DNA from: Malacoraja senta
Taxonomy: Eukaryota
Direction of reading: 5' to 3'
Assembly (NCBI GenBank): GCA_038087875.1
Contig: CM075997.1
Location: 9,054,001 to 9,118,000, forward strand
Length of the DNA stretch: 64,000 nt
Shown: in pieces, positions 13,321 to 26,234 of the stretch
Numbering within the stretch: position 1 is the stretch's first letter
Layout: each line of letters begins with the position of its first letter
Translations under genes and position numbers: made by a program
The notes under the pieces: model-generated
The model's database searches: none
Told to the model about the DNA's origin: nothing
Seen by the model: the letters and a program-made list of their open reading frames with translations, nothing else

Positions 13321-14012
13321 AAAAAACTAAGGAGTATGGTCGGCACAACATCGTCCAGTGCTGTATTCTTCTGCGTTCTATCACATTTCCAATAACATAT
13401 TACATTTTGGACGTCCATTTTTTCACAAACAATATACCCCAATCAAATTTAACACGTTCCTGTCTAGTGTCATCAAAGATCCAATTCAGACTTTTACCTT
13501 GTGTGCCAGCCCTTTATTTATCCACAGTTGTTTGAAACCTGATAGAAATGTGGTAGCTGAACACAAAAGTTTCGCCTGCGGACGCTTTAATTGGATGGTA
13601 AAAAAATGGGCTAAAGCCAGGAGACTGAAGGTTGTTGTGGCGAGTTGCTTCGCAAATGAAATATCTGTGACTACTGATGTTGGACAGTGACTCGGTGCTG
13701 AGTCGTTGTTTGTCATCTATATTGACCATGTGGATAAGAATGTCGGCGGGAAACATTGTTAGTTTCTGACATTGGTAACAAAGTGGAATAGAATAGCAAG
13801 ATTAAACGAAAACATACCAGTTTGAAGTTTGATCTTTATTTTATGAGGAATTACGACGAGGGACTACGTGAAGAAGACCCCGTCCAGCCGCACACGCGTC
13901 AATCTTCAAAGCAGCGGTGTGAAATCACAGAAAATAATTACGGAAGTATGATAGTAAGATACGTGAAGACTAGAACTACCAGTTGACCTTTATGAGGGGT
14001 GGGAGCGGAGGG

Positions 14013-14125
14013 CACGTAGTCCCTCATCGTAACTCCTCATAAAATAAAGATCAAACTTCAAACTGGTAAGTTATCGTTTAATCTTACTATTTTACTTCGG
14101 AGTCACGTGAGTGACTGCGTGAAGA
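14013..14125. repeat. DIRS internal complementary region (ICR)
   Basis: 14013-14091 is the reverse complement of 13792-13870 (3' terminus). 14093-14125 is the reverse complement of ~20290-20322 (5' terminus). Confidence 0.9.
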
Positions 14126-14299
14126 TTTCAAAGCTCAGTGATTTCATGCCGTAGATTCAAATCCAGGCGTCTCACTGCATTGATTGACTCTAAATGAGTA
14201 AAGCAATCAACAATGCATAAACACAACATAGATGCAATCAGTTAATGGTTAATTTATTACAACAATAGTAAACCCTTTATCACAAGGGGAACTTAATAC

Positions 14300-15200
14300 T
14301 CAATCCAAAACAGCACCACCAAATAACCCAGGTTCTATAATCTCCTTATGATAATACTTGTGAAACATCCGTTCACTTGGCCATCCTGCGGCCGCGAGGA
14401 TATGGTCTATTGGAACGTCCAAATACTTGGCCGCCGATGTTGATGCCACCCTGGTGGAATGAGATTTAAATTTGTCAGTATCAATACCTGCATCAACCAA
14501 CACCTGCTTCAGCCTTTCTTATGCGGTTTTATATGGCTGATAAAGAATGCTGATTGTGCACCTCTTAAGGTTCTGGTGGCTTCAATGTAACATCGTAAAT
14601 GTGATACTGCACATAGACGTGGATCCGTAGGATATGCTGAAAACCCAACATATTCTGTGACTCCAGGTCTACTCTGTTTAAGCAAATCATAGACATAGAA
14701 CGTAATGGCATCTGCTGCTATTTTCATCATGTCTATTCGTAGTTTGTGCAATGGTTGCACACTCTGTGCTGAAACCAGTGCCTTGAGCATGACTACCTTC
14801 ATGGTAATTTTGGTCAAGGAAAGAGCTACAATAGGAGTCCATTGACCAAGGCACATTAGCACATATTCCAGATTTCTGTATTCCTCGGTCTAGGAGGTTT
14901 AGATTTGAAAATTCCCTTCATAAATCTACACACCAAAGGGTGCGACCCTACAGGATTTTGTTCTGATTCCCTCCATAGCTATGCAGAGAGGGCACTCCTT
15001 GCCGTATTGATCGCACTATAGCTTAACTGCAAATTAAAATAAAGAATTGACAGAATCTCTAACACGTCTGAGATGTCTGTAGTGTGATATGTAATATTCT
15101 GCCTTAAGCAAAACACCTCCCATTTCCTTATGTAAGAAATGTACTACTTCTGGGTACTATCCCTCCAGGCTGCCGCAATAACATCCACAGTACGATCTGA
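14300..15200 (-). pseudogene. DIRS tyrosine recombinase, disrupted
   Basis: FKSHSTRVASTS (HxxR), AAGW..MFHKYY (catalytic W and Y) and DPRLCAVSHLRCYI in ORFs 14300-14503 and 14509-14862. Confidence 0.85.
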
Positions 15201-15750
15201 TAGTCCTCTTCCGAGATATGGCCTCCTTAGAATCTGCAAATCAACAAACCAATACGGGCATGTAAAGGATGCGAATCACCAGTAACAGGGTGCACAAACA
15301 GGTTTTCCAGTTTGTGAATAATCATAAGGGCGTTTTGAGCATTTTTAACACCAAAGGGTACCACGGTTGTGTAGGCCAGTCTGGTACCACCAATACTCCT
15401 GAAGCGGAGTCCTGATTCATCTTCTGTATACACTGACTAATGAGGCAAAATGGAGGAAAATGCGTACAAAACATTCTACCCCAATGCAGCGAGAAACATC
15501 CACTGCTACTGCCCCAGGATCAGGTCCCCTGACACATCTCTGGCATCCCCAAACGTGCAATAATTTTATTAAATTTATCACGATCCAACATCCATTCTGT
15601 ATTGTCATTGAATTTACGTGACCTTGTGTCTGCAACTATGTTGAATCTACCTGGTAGGTAGATTGCCGAAAACCAAATGTTTCTGGTAAAACATCAGGTT
15701 CAGATCACGTTTGCCAATTTATCACAATATTCTGACTTGATACCACCCAA

Positions 15751-15955
15751 ATGATTTACTTAGAGCTTTTAGGAATATTTTATGGGCTTATTGCTCTAAT
15801 ATGCAAAATTTGCATGTTCAGGTACAGATTGACAACAGTACGGAACAGTAACGTATACTGTTCCGTACTGTTGTCAATCTGTACCTGAACATGCAAATTT
15901 TGCATATTAGAGCAATAAGCCCATAAAATATTCCTAAAAGCTCTAAGTAAATCAT
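15751..15955. repeat. Perfect inverted repeat, 100-bp arms with a 5-bp spacer
   Basis: 15751-15850 is the reverse complement of 15856-15955; the spacer is ACGTA. Confidence 0.95.
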
Positions 15956-16459
15956 CCCTTGTTCTTGAATCAAAGGAACTTTCTCCACATTCCATCTACC
16001 TCCACAGCTGGAAATAGTATTAGCAGCGCCCCAACCTAGAGCACTTAAATCGGTCTCTAGAATAATGGAAGGTGTTTCAACCAGAATCTCTCTTGAAGCA
16101 TTTGAGACACTCGTGATCCACCATAGTATATCAGTACTAACTGGCAATTGCATGGGCCTGTCAAATGACCTGAATGTATCCTCAATGCCTGTACCTATGC
16201 TCGCTGTAAATGCTGATAATGCAGCGGTCCAATCTGTACAGCCGGAAATGAAGCAATTAGTTTGCCAAACAAGCTTGCTACCTGCCTAATTGAGGGTTGG
16301 TGCTGTGTAATGAGCTTAATACAACCTTCAATTAACTGCAGCTTTTATCCTTGGGCGGAGTCACTACCATGTGATCTGAATTAATAGTGAAACCCAAGTA
16401 ATCAATTACTGTGCTTGGTAATAATTTGGAATTATCTGAATGGATAATAAATCCCAGCA

Positions 16460-17845
16460 TAAATACATAGATACATAGAAAATAAGTGCAGGAGTATGCC
16501 ATTCGGCCCTTCGAGCCTGCACCGCCATTCAATATGATCATGGCTGATCATCCAACTCAGTATCCCGTACCTGCCTTCTCTCCATACCCCCTGATCCCTT
16601 TAGCCACAAGGGCCACATCTAACTCCCACTTAAATATACCCAATGAACTGGCCTCAACTACCTTCTGTGGCAGAGAATTCCAAAGATTCAGCACTCTCTG
16701 GGTGAAAAATTATCTTCTCATCTCGGTCCTAAAAGACTTCCCCCTTGTCTTTAAACTGTGACCACTTGTTCTGGACTTCCCCAACATGGGGAACAATATT
16801 CCTGCATCTAGCCTGTGCAACCCTTTAAGAATCTTGTAAGTTTCTATAAGATCCCCACTCAATCTTCTAAATTCTAGCGAGTAGAAGCCGAGCCTATCCA
16901 GTCTTTCTTCATATGAAAGTCCTGCCATCCCAGGAATCAGTCTGGTGAACCTTCTCTGTACTCCGTCTATGGCAAGAATGTCTTTCCTCAGATTTGGTGA
17001 CCAAAACTGATCCCTTTAGCCACAAGGGCCACATCTAACTCCCTCTTAAATATAGCCAATGAACTGACCTCAACTACCCTCTGTGGCAGAGAGTTCCAGA
17101 GATTCACCACTCTCTGTGTGAAAAAGTTTTTCCTCATCTCGGTCTTAAAGGATTTCCCCCTTATCCTTAAGCTGTGACCCCTTGTCCTGGACTTCTCCAA
17201 AATCGGGAACAATCTTCCTGCATCTAGCCTGTCCAACCCCATAAGAATTTTGTACGTTTCTATAAGATCCCCTCTCAATCTCCTAAATTCTAGCGAGTAT
17301 AAGCCAAGTCTATCCAGTCTTTCTTCATATGAAAGTCCTGACATCCCAGGAATCAGTCTGGTGAACCTTCTCTGCACTCCCTCTATGGCTATAATGTCCT
17401 TCCTCAGATTTGGAGACCAAAACTGTACGCAATACTCCAGGTGTGGTCTCACCACGACCCTGTACAACTGCAGTAGAACCTCCCTGCTCCTATACTCAAA
17501 TCCTCTTGCTATGAAAGCCAACATACCATTCGCTTTCTTCACTGCCTGCTGCACCTGCATGCCTACTTTCAATGACTGGTGCACCATGACACCCAGGTCT
17601 CGCTGCATCCCCCCATTTCCTAATCGGCCACCATTTAGATAATAGTCTGCCTTCCCGTTTTTGCCACCAAAGTGGATAACCTCACATTTATCCACATTAT
17701 ACTGCATCTGCGAAACATTTGCCCACTCACCCAGCCTATCCAAGTCACCTTGCAGTCTCCTAGCATCCTCCTCACAGCTAACACTGCCCACCAGCTTAGT
17801 GTCATCCGCAAACTTGGAGATGTTGCGTTCAATTCCCTCATCCAT
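16460..17845 (-). mobile_element. 5'-truncated CR1 family B with a tandemly repeated 3' segment, inserted in the DIRS RT
   Basis: Tail at ~16460-16480; RT C-terminus KFADDTKL..VRPHLEYCVQFW. The host reads FEM|LGF across the junctions (ATG on both sides). Segment ~16590-17007 is repeated at ~17008-17425. Confidence 0.9.
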
Positions 17846-19427
17846 CTCGAAAGTGAGCTTGATTCTTGACACTGATGCTTCTGTTGTAGCCCGAGTGTCT
17901 TCCACAATCAGAATATATCCAAATAGGCCATTACCAAATTGTCCTGACCTCTTAGTAGTGCTAAGATTGGTTTTTAACAATTTGGTAAATAGTCTCAGAG
18001 CTGAGGTTAAACCATTATGCAATGCTTTAAATTGCCATAATTGACATCCAGCTAAATTTTAAATATCTTTGATCATTACCATGCACAGCCACACAGTATA
18101 TTGCATCTTGAATATATCTATGCTAGCCATATAGCATTTTCTTGAAATTAACTGCACAGCATTGGCAAATGTCTCCATTTTTAAATGTTGTTTATACTGT
18201 ACAAAAGGGTTAAGACTTGTCAGATCTAGAATAATTCTACATCCACCATCCCTTTTTGCTCTAAGAAAATACTTGACACATTGGTGATGTTGGTGAACTG
18301 ACTTCTCAATTACCCTTTTTTACACAATAATTCAAGTTCTGCCTGAATCTGCATATTCTCTTCTTTTGAGAAAATACGTGTCCAGTTTGAAATATGTTGA
18401 GTAGGCGGATCCAAATATGTGTAGATTTCAATTCTAAGCCCCACAATACTGAACAGTATAAATGCATCAGATTGCCATTCTTTTAGGAATAATTGTAGTC
18501 TTCCTCCCACTTGTAAGTGTGCAACATTAATATGTCTCTTACAGGACCAGACCCACCTACCTCGGTGTTTGCCGATGGCAATTGTTGTCCCTTGCTCTTA
18601 TTGGGAATACTGTAATCTCCACGTGCCCCAAGAGCAGTGCGCCAATAACGCATATATGGGAAAGACCGATTTGATCCTTCACTGGCTCCAGTCGGTGGGG
18701 AAACTGCCTTTGAATTGATCTGCCAAGCACCGGTGGTTTTATCATCCCCACGGTTTTAACTTCTTCATTCAGGTCTTCTACCCTTTTGGCTAGATTCTCT
18801 CCAAAAAGCAGATTAGGCAATTGAATATTAGATGTTTTACAGAGCCCCGAAAACTTAGGGTGTATGTTAGGTCTTATAGCATTTTTACAAATACAATTTA
18901 TTTCAAAGTGCGCACTACACATGAGTGCTAAGGCAACCTTCTGCATGAAAATAGAGGTTCGCGGGGCATGCGCGTGATTGGTGAAGTGCGTTGTGATGCA
19001 GACGTGCTCTCCATCCAAGCCTCTGGCCAAAGCCGTAATGCCCGACCCCAGCAATTTCAACACCCCCCTGTAATTTCATTATTGTGCGCGTACTGCAATG
19101 CCCAAATAGCCCCATATTACATTATTCACCGCTGGGACTGCTAGCAGTGCGCAATTCTGCGGGTTTCATTTTTGTTTACAATCTTATCCATGGTCAGTAC
19201 CTGGAGCTGATGGGAGAGCAATTAATTTATTGTCATTGCTAATTTATCTCCAAATGGTTCCCCTGATAGTCTGGGAACGGCAAATTTTATTTTGTGCCAG
19301 ACCTGGTCCTTTAGGCTCTGTTATTGGGCTCTGGTCCTCATATGATTTGTCATCTGAATCTTGTTACACGTAAAATAATCCTCCTCATAGAGGGGGCGAA
19401 CTGGCATCCTGCTTCAGGTGTTTCTAG

Positions 19428-19835
19428 CGCTGGCTCTCCCATAGGCCTACGCATAGTAAACCCTTTTTTCAGGTGCTCGCCGCGCGGGCTCACCTGTAGG
19501 CCCACGCATAGGCAGCCCTCTTTCAGGTGCTGCTGGCGCTGGCTCCCCTGTAGGCCAACGCCTATACTGTCTTCCTTCAGACATTGTGGGCGCTGGCTCT
19601 CCTGTAGGCCAACGCATAAAATACCCTTGTTCAGGCCTTGCTGACGCTAGCTCTCCTGTAGGCCAACGCTGAGCCGGACCTTACCCAAGCACTCCCTGCG
19701 CTGGCTCTCCTGTAGGCCAACGCTGAGCCGGACCTTACCGAACCACTCCCTGCGCTGGCTCTCAAGTAGGCCAACGCTGAGCCGGACCTTTCCCAGGCAC
19801 TCCCTGCACTGGCTCTCCCGTAGGCCAACGCGGAC
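19428..19835 (-). repeat. ~54-bp coding tandem repeat (about 8 units) in DIRS ORF1
   Basis: Core ctggctctcctgtaggccaacgc recurs every 51-54 bp and encodes GSALAYRRASAGSAWVRS. The three right-hand units are nearly identical. Confidence 0.9.
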
Positions 19836-21019
19836 CCGAGTAGACAAAATGTCTGCCTGAGGCGGGGGAAGCTCCGGTCTGACTCCTCAGAGTCTGCTGG
19901 CCGCACGGACTTTTGCCTGGACTTGCGCTCTAATGGCGCTGCAACGGTACTTCTTTTAACCGTTTCTATAGCCGATGGCCTCGCTGCCACCGACTCCTCA
20001 AGCTGGCTCCCGCTACTCGCAGACTTGCGATCTTTCTCGAGTTTTACCTGCGGTACGCCTCCCTTACGTCCTTTCTCCATTCTAATTTGTGTTGTCTCGC
20101 AACTACAAGTTTCTCTGAAGAAAGCGACCTGAAAGCAAATAGCGAACCCCTTACCTTCAGACTTTGTACTTACCGGTTGGAGGAGCTCTGCTCCTCCACA
20201 CACGGTCGCTGCGCTATGCGTCTGACGATATACATAGATACATAGAAATTAGGTGCAGGATATGACGCGTGTGCGGCTGGACGGGGTCTTCTTCACGCAG
20301 TCACTTACGTGACTCCGAAGTATAATGTATGTGTGCCAGATCTTTTATTTTGAGCAACAAAAAAAGGTGCTGGAGTAACTCGGCGAGTCCGGCAGCATCT
20401 ATGGAGGAAATTGATGATTCATACTGATTATAGTAGCACTGCGAATGCATGAAAATAGAGGTTCGCGGGGCTATCGCAAGCGCGTGATTGGTGAAGTACG
20501 TTGAAGTGGGAATTGGGGGATGGGAGTTAAATTGCAGATGGTCGAAGTAGTGACAGACTAGAGGTGAAATGGGAAGAAAATGGGACATATGAGGAAAATG
20601 TGAAGTAAAAGGAGTGATAGGCATGTAAGGGTGCGATGGAGCGAAAGAGCGGGACGTGAGAAATGTGCGAATCGGGGATGAGAAACACTGCTCCAAGAAG
20701 GGGAGAGCAGAGAGACAAGGAAGTGAAATGGGAGCGTTTCGGATTGGGGTAATGGCCATGGGAAAATAAAGCGGGTCGTAGTAGTAATTACTTTAAATTG
20801 AATAATCCAATGATCACACAGTTGAGTTTATAAACTATCGAAATGGAATAGGAGGTGTTGTTCCTCTCGATTGCCTCGAGTCTTATTTAGAGGAAGGGTC
20901 CCGACACGAAACATCACCCATTCCTTCTCCCCGGGGATGTTGTCTGTCCGGCTACGTTACTCCAGCATCTTGTGTTTATTTCTTAGAACAGCCATGCGAC
21001 CAGGAACAGCCATGCGACC

Positions 21020-24000
21020 TGGAAGTTCGAAAAAATGCTGAAAAGCAGGACCTCCAGGGTGGTTATCTCCGGTTTGCTTCTACTTCCTCCTGCTGGCGAG
21101 GGCAGGAACAGGGAGATACAGGACCTGAATGTGTGGCTGAGGAACTGTTGCAGGGGGCAGGGATTTAGATTCTTAGACCACTGGGATCTGTATTGGAGTA
21201 AGGGGGAACGGTACAAAATGGACGGATTGCGCCTTAACAGGTGGGGGACCAGCATTCTGGCAGGCAGGTTTGCCACTGCTACACGGGTGGTTTTAAATTA
21301 ATAAGGGGAGGGGGGTGTCAAATGGGATAGTCAAGGACGGAGTTAAAGGGAAAGAGGGTAAAGGGATAGTTAATGACCCCAGAATTAACGGGAAAGGAAG
21401 CTCACAAATGGATAGGAGAGTATGGCCAAGTGTAATCGGGATCGATATGAAAGGTGAGATTCGTAAGTAACTAAAAGTATTGTATATGAATGCGCGAAGT
21501 ATAAGAAGTAAAGTAGATGATCTTGAGGATCAGTTAGAAGTTGGTAGATTTGACATTGGGGGGATTACGGGGACGTGGCTGCAGGAGGATCGTGCCAGGG
21601 AACTTAATATTCAGCGTTATACATCCTATAGAAAGGAGAGGCAGGTTGGCAAATGAGGGGGCGTAGCTCTGCTAGTGAGGGATGGAATTCAGTCCCTTGC
21701 AAAGGATGACATAGAGACTGACGAGATAGAGTCACTATGGATTGAATTGAGGAATTGTAAAGGCAAGAAGACACTAATTGGTGTTATCGACAGACCCCCA
21801 AATAGTATCTCGTATGTAGGGTGTAAGTTGCAGCAGGAGTTAAAACTGGCATGTAACAAAGGTAATGCCACTGTGGTGATGGGGGGTTTCAATATGCAGG
21901 TAGACGGGGAGAATCAGGTTGGTTCAGGACCCCAAGAAAGAGAGTTTGTAGAGTGTATCAGAGATGGATTCTTAGAGCAGCTTATAATGGAGTCGACCAA
22001 AGAAAATGCAATTCTGCATTTAATGTTGTCTAAATAACCAGATTTGATAAGAGAGCTCGAGGTAAACGAACCGCTTGGAGGTGGTGATCATAATATGATT
22101 AGTTTTAATCTGCAATTTGAGAAGGAGAAGGTTAAATCGGAAGTGGCAGTGATGCAGTTGAACAAAGGGGCTATGAAGACATGAGAGAGGAGCTGGCCAA
22201 GGTAGACTGGAAAGGGATCCTAGCAGGAATGACGGTGGAACAGCAATGGCAGGAATTTCTGGGTATAATCCGGAATACGCAGAATCATTTCATTCCAAAA
22301 AGGAAGAAAGATTATAAGGGGAGTAGGAAGCAATCATGGCTGACTAGAGAAGGTAGGGATAGAATAAAATAAAATCAAAGATGTATAGCACAGCAAAGAA
22401 TAGCCGGAAGCCACAGGATTGGGAAACATTCAAAGGATAACAGAAGGAAACAAAACGGGCTATACGGGCTGAAAAGATGAAGTACGAAGGGAAGCTGGCC
22501 AGGAATATAAAGGGCAGTGAAAGATTCTTTAGATATGTTAAGGGAAAATGAGTAGCAAATTCAAATGTGGGTCCCTTGAAGGCAGACACGAGTGAAATTA
22601 TTATGGGTAACAAGGAAAAGGCAGAAGAGTTGACCAGGTAATTCCGATCAGTCTTCACTGAGGAAGACACAAACAATCTCCCAGATGTAGTTGAGGCCAG
22701 AGGATCTAAGGGGGCAGAGGAACTGAAAGACATTTTCATTAGGTGAGAGATAGTATTGCGTAGGCTAATGGGACTGAAGAATTATAAATCCCATGGGCCT
22801 GATGGTCTGCATCCCAGGGTCCTCAGGGAGGTGGCTTTAGAAATAGTGGCATCATTGGTGATCATTTTCAAATTTTCAATAGATTCAGGATCAGTTTCTG
22901 TGGATTGGAGGATAGCTAATGTTATCCCACTTTTCAAGAAAGGGGCGAGTGAGAAAACGGTGAATTACAGACGTTAGCCTGACTTCGGTGGTGGGAAAGA
23001 TGCTGGCATAAATTATTAAATAGGTAATAATGGGGCATTTGGATAGCAGTAAAAGGATTAGTCCAAGTCAACATGGATTTGTGAAAGGCAAATCATCCTT
23101 GACTAACCTTTTGGAATTTCTTGAAGAAGCGATAAGTAAAACTGGATGAAGGGGTGCCAGTGGATGTAGTGTATCTAGACTTTCAGAAAGCCTTTGATAA
23201 TGTCCAGCACGGGAGACTTGTGACTAAAATTAGAGCACATGGTATTGGGTGCAGGGCGTTGACAGAAACATAGAAAATAGGTGCAGGAGTAGGCCATTCG
23301 GCCCTTCGAGCCTGCACCGCAATTCAATATGATCATGGCTGATCATCCAACTCAGTATCCTGTACCTGCTTTCTCTCCATACCCCATGATCTCTTTAGCC
23401 ACAAGGGCCACATCTAACTCTTAAATATAGACAATGAACTGGCCTCAACTACATTCTGTGGCAGAGAATTCAAGAGATTCACCACTCTCTGTGTAAAAAA
23501 TGTTTTTCTCATCTCAGTCCTAAAAGATTTCCCCTTTATCCTTAAACAGTGACCCCTTGTTCTGGACTCCCCCAACATCGGGAACAATCTTCCTGCATCT
23601 AGCATGTCCAACCCCTTCAGAATTTTGTAAGTTTATATAAGATCCCCCCTCAGTCTTCTAAATTCCAGCGAGTACAAGCCGAGTCTATCCAGTCTTTCCT
23701 CATATGAAAGTCCTGACATCCCAGGAATCAGTCTGGTGAACCTTCTCTGTACTCCTCCATGGCAAGAATGTCCTTCCTCAGATTAGGAGACCAAAACTGT
23801 ACGCAATACTACAGGTGTGGTCTCACCAAGACCCTGTACAACTGCAGTAGAACCTCCCTGCTCCTATACTCAAATCCTTTTGCCATGAATGCTAACATAC
23901 CATTCGCTTTCTTCACTGCCTGCTGCACCTGCATGCCCAGTGTCAATGACTGGTGTACCATGACACCCAGGTCTCGTTGCATCTCCCCTTTTTCTAATCG

Positions 24001-24600
24001 GCCACCATTCGGGTAATAGTCTACTTTCTTGTTTTTGCCACCAAAGTGGATAACTTCACATGTATCCACATTATACTGCATGTGGATGCATTTGCCCTCT
24101 CACCCAGCCTATTCAAGTCAACTTGCAGCCTCCTAGCACCCTCCTCACAGCTAACACTGCCCCCCAGCTTCGTGACATCCGCAAACTTGGAGATGTTGCA
24201 TTCAATTCCCTCGTCCAGATCATTAATTTATATTGTAAATAGTTGAGGTCCCAGCACTGAGCCTTGCGGTACCCCACTAGTCACTGCCTGCCATTCTGTA
24301 AAGGACCCGTTTACTCTTTGCTTCCTGTCTGCCAGCCAGTTCTCTATCCACATCTATACTGAACCCTGAATCCTGGATACTGATATGGATAGAAAATTTG
24401 TGGGCAGACAGGAAGCAAAGAGTAGGAGTGAACGGGTCCTTTTCAGAATGGCAGGCAGTGACGACAGGAGTGCCGCAAGGGTCGGTGTAGGTGGCCGCAA
24501 TTGTTTACCATATATATTAATGATTTGGAAGGGGGAATTAGGAGCAACACTAGCAACTTTGCGTATGACACATAGCTGGGTGGCAGTGTCAACTGTGAAT
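21020..24600 (+). mobile_element. CR1 family A, decayed, interrupted at 23265-24380
   Basis: ORF1 C-terminus (VVISGLL..FLDHWD..DGLRLN), endonuclease and RT pieces. The host resumes at ~24381 (atggatagaaaatt). Confidence 0.88.
23265..24380 (-). mobile_element. 5'-truncated CR1 family B nested in CR1-A
   Basis: Tail gaaacatagaaaatag at 23265; RT C-terminal ORFs 23414-23611 and 23809-24081. Confidence 0.88.
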
Positions 24601-26234
24601 AGGAAGCCATTCGGTTGATGGGCTCATGAGGGATGTTACAGGAAACGTGAACAGGCGCTGCCTGACCCGCTGATTTACTCCAGCACTTTGTGACTTTTTT
24701 TAATAAACCAGCATCTGCTGTTCCTTCAGGAGGGGGAGAAGGAGAGAGAGAGTCATGATATTCCTTCCCCGTGTGAAACAATCTTCTCCCTCCCATTTCC
24801 CAGCTCTGACATGCGACTCTCTCCATCCCTCCCCCACCCAAGTCGCACCAGCTTCTCATTCTCACTTAATCAGTGGCTAACAATGGCCATTTTTGCTTTT
24901 TTGCTTCTCTTTCGCAGTCCTGGTCTGCCTCCATCCTAAATCGTTGCACAAGAAAAGGTCGTTTCAGGTTGCACAAGAAAAGGTCAAACAGCAAGGTGCC
25001 GGGACCTGTGCCTGGTGTCAAACGTTCGCCGTCCAACAGTTCAGTCAACATTCTGCGTAGCTACATCAGCAACATCAGCAACGTCAGCAACGCCTCCAAG
25101 CGCTCTCAGCGGTCTTAGCGCTCTCTGCACCTCGGCAGCAGCAGTGGTTGGCATGAACCCGTCGGTACGTGTCCGGGCAGGGCAGCGCGGGGGTGGAAGC
25201 AGGGCACCGGCGCATTTCTTTAGTCAGAGGGTGGTGAATCAGTGGAATTCATTGCCACTCATACATGAAAGGAAGAAGGGTGAAATGTAAAAGTGGGGGG
25301 GGGGAATTACATCGTTGGAATAGATTACAGCGAAGGGTAAGAGTGACTTAAAATAGACATAGGAAAATCGGGGTACAGGGAATCAGTTATGAGCGGAAGG
25401 ACATTGGAAGGGAACTTGGCGATGGTGGTGATGGGACAAATTTGTAATGTTGACGTTAAGAGAAAGAACAATTTTGAGACGATTTGACTTGAAATTTGAA
25501 AATTCAATGTTTAGACCGCTTGATTGTCAGCTACCCAAGGAATAATTTAAGTGCCGTACCTTCCTCGGGGTATTGCGTTAGTTTGGTTTCTGAGGCAACC
25601 AACAACAGAATGGTCGTATGAAAATGAGAAGGGGAATTAAAATGTTTAGTAATTAAGAGCTCCAGCAGCACTTGGCGGGCAGAACACGTCTTTGGAAAAG
25701 GTCGAACCATTTGCATAAGACTCCTGTTCTTGCATTATATGCAAGAATCCACTTCTTGCATATATTCCATTCGATTTCAAGCACTCACATTTCTGTTTGG
25801 ATATTTCCTATGTGGACCAACGTGATAGGAACATGCCACTTGGAAGAGCACAACATAGCTAGTTCCATCAGGCGACGCCGAGGGACCATTATCGGAATCA
25901 ATGCATAGTGATAGTGCAAAAGATACAACATCACAAATTGTGGGTGGGCAATGGACAGAATTGATTTGAGAGTGGACGGAGGCATGTCCCTTTTTGTTAC
26001 TACATGAAAATCATGTAATCACTCTTAGTCCCACGCTGGCGGCGACTGCGACCAGTGAACATACTTTCAACTGACATTTAACCGCCTGAGGGTTAAAGGC
26101 CGCGCAGCTAGAGGGGGTGCAACTTAATGCAATTGTAATATCTGGAGCTATATATATGCTTTGCGCATCCATGGGCATAACGGCATGGAAACGTAGACAC
26201 ATAGAAAATACGTGCAGGGTTAGTCCATTCGGCC

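Larger units (their letters stand above)
13792..20322 (-). mobile_element. DIRS1-type tyrosine-recombinase retrotransposon, complete outline but decayed
   Basis: Order on the minus strand: gag-like region, RT (GGRLQLF, NGLTSALRLFTKLLK, LGFII..IDYLGF), RNase H (ETDLSALGWGA, YLELL), adenine-MTase-like segment (PDPGAVAVD), YR. Inverted termini 20263-20322 versus 13866-13901, plus an ICR. Confidence 0.93.

Noticed and set aside
16988..18022. 344-aa ORF fusing DIRS RT to CR1 RT
   Set aside because: Chance in-frame junction at a CR1 insertion site; the DIRS half is frameshifted and lacks its catalytic motif.
19428..19835. CRISPR-like repeat/spacer appearance
   Set aside because: The spacers are related to each other, the context is eukaryotic with no cas genes, and it is a coding tandem repeat.
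24900..25215. GC-rich patch with an 18-bp direct repeat and (CAGCAACRT)n
   Set aside because: Too short and lacks termini or convincing protein motifs, so it is left unassigned.
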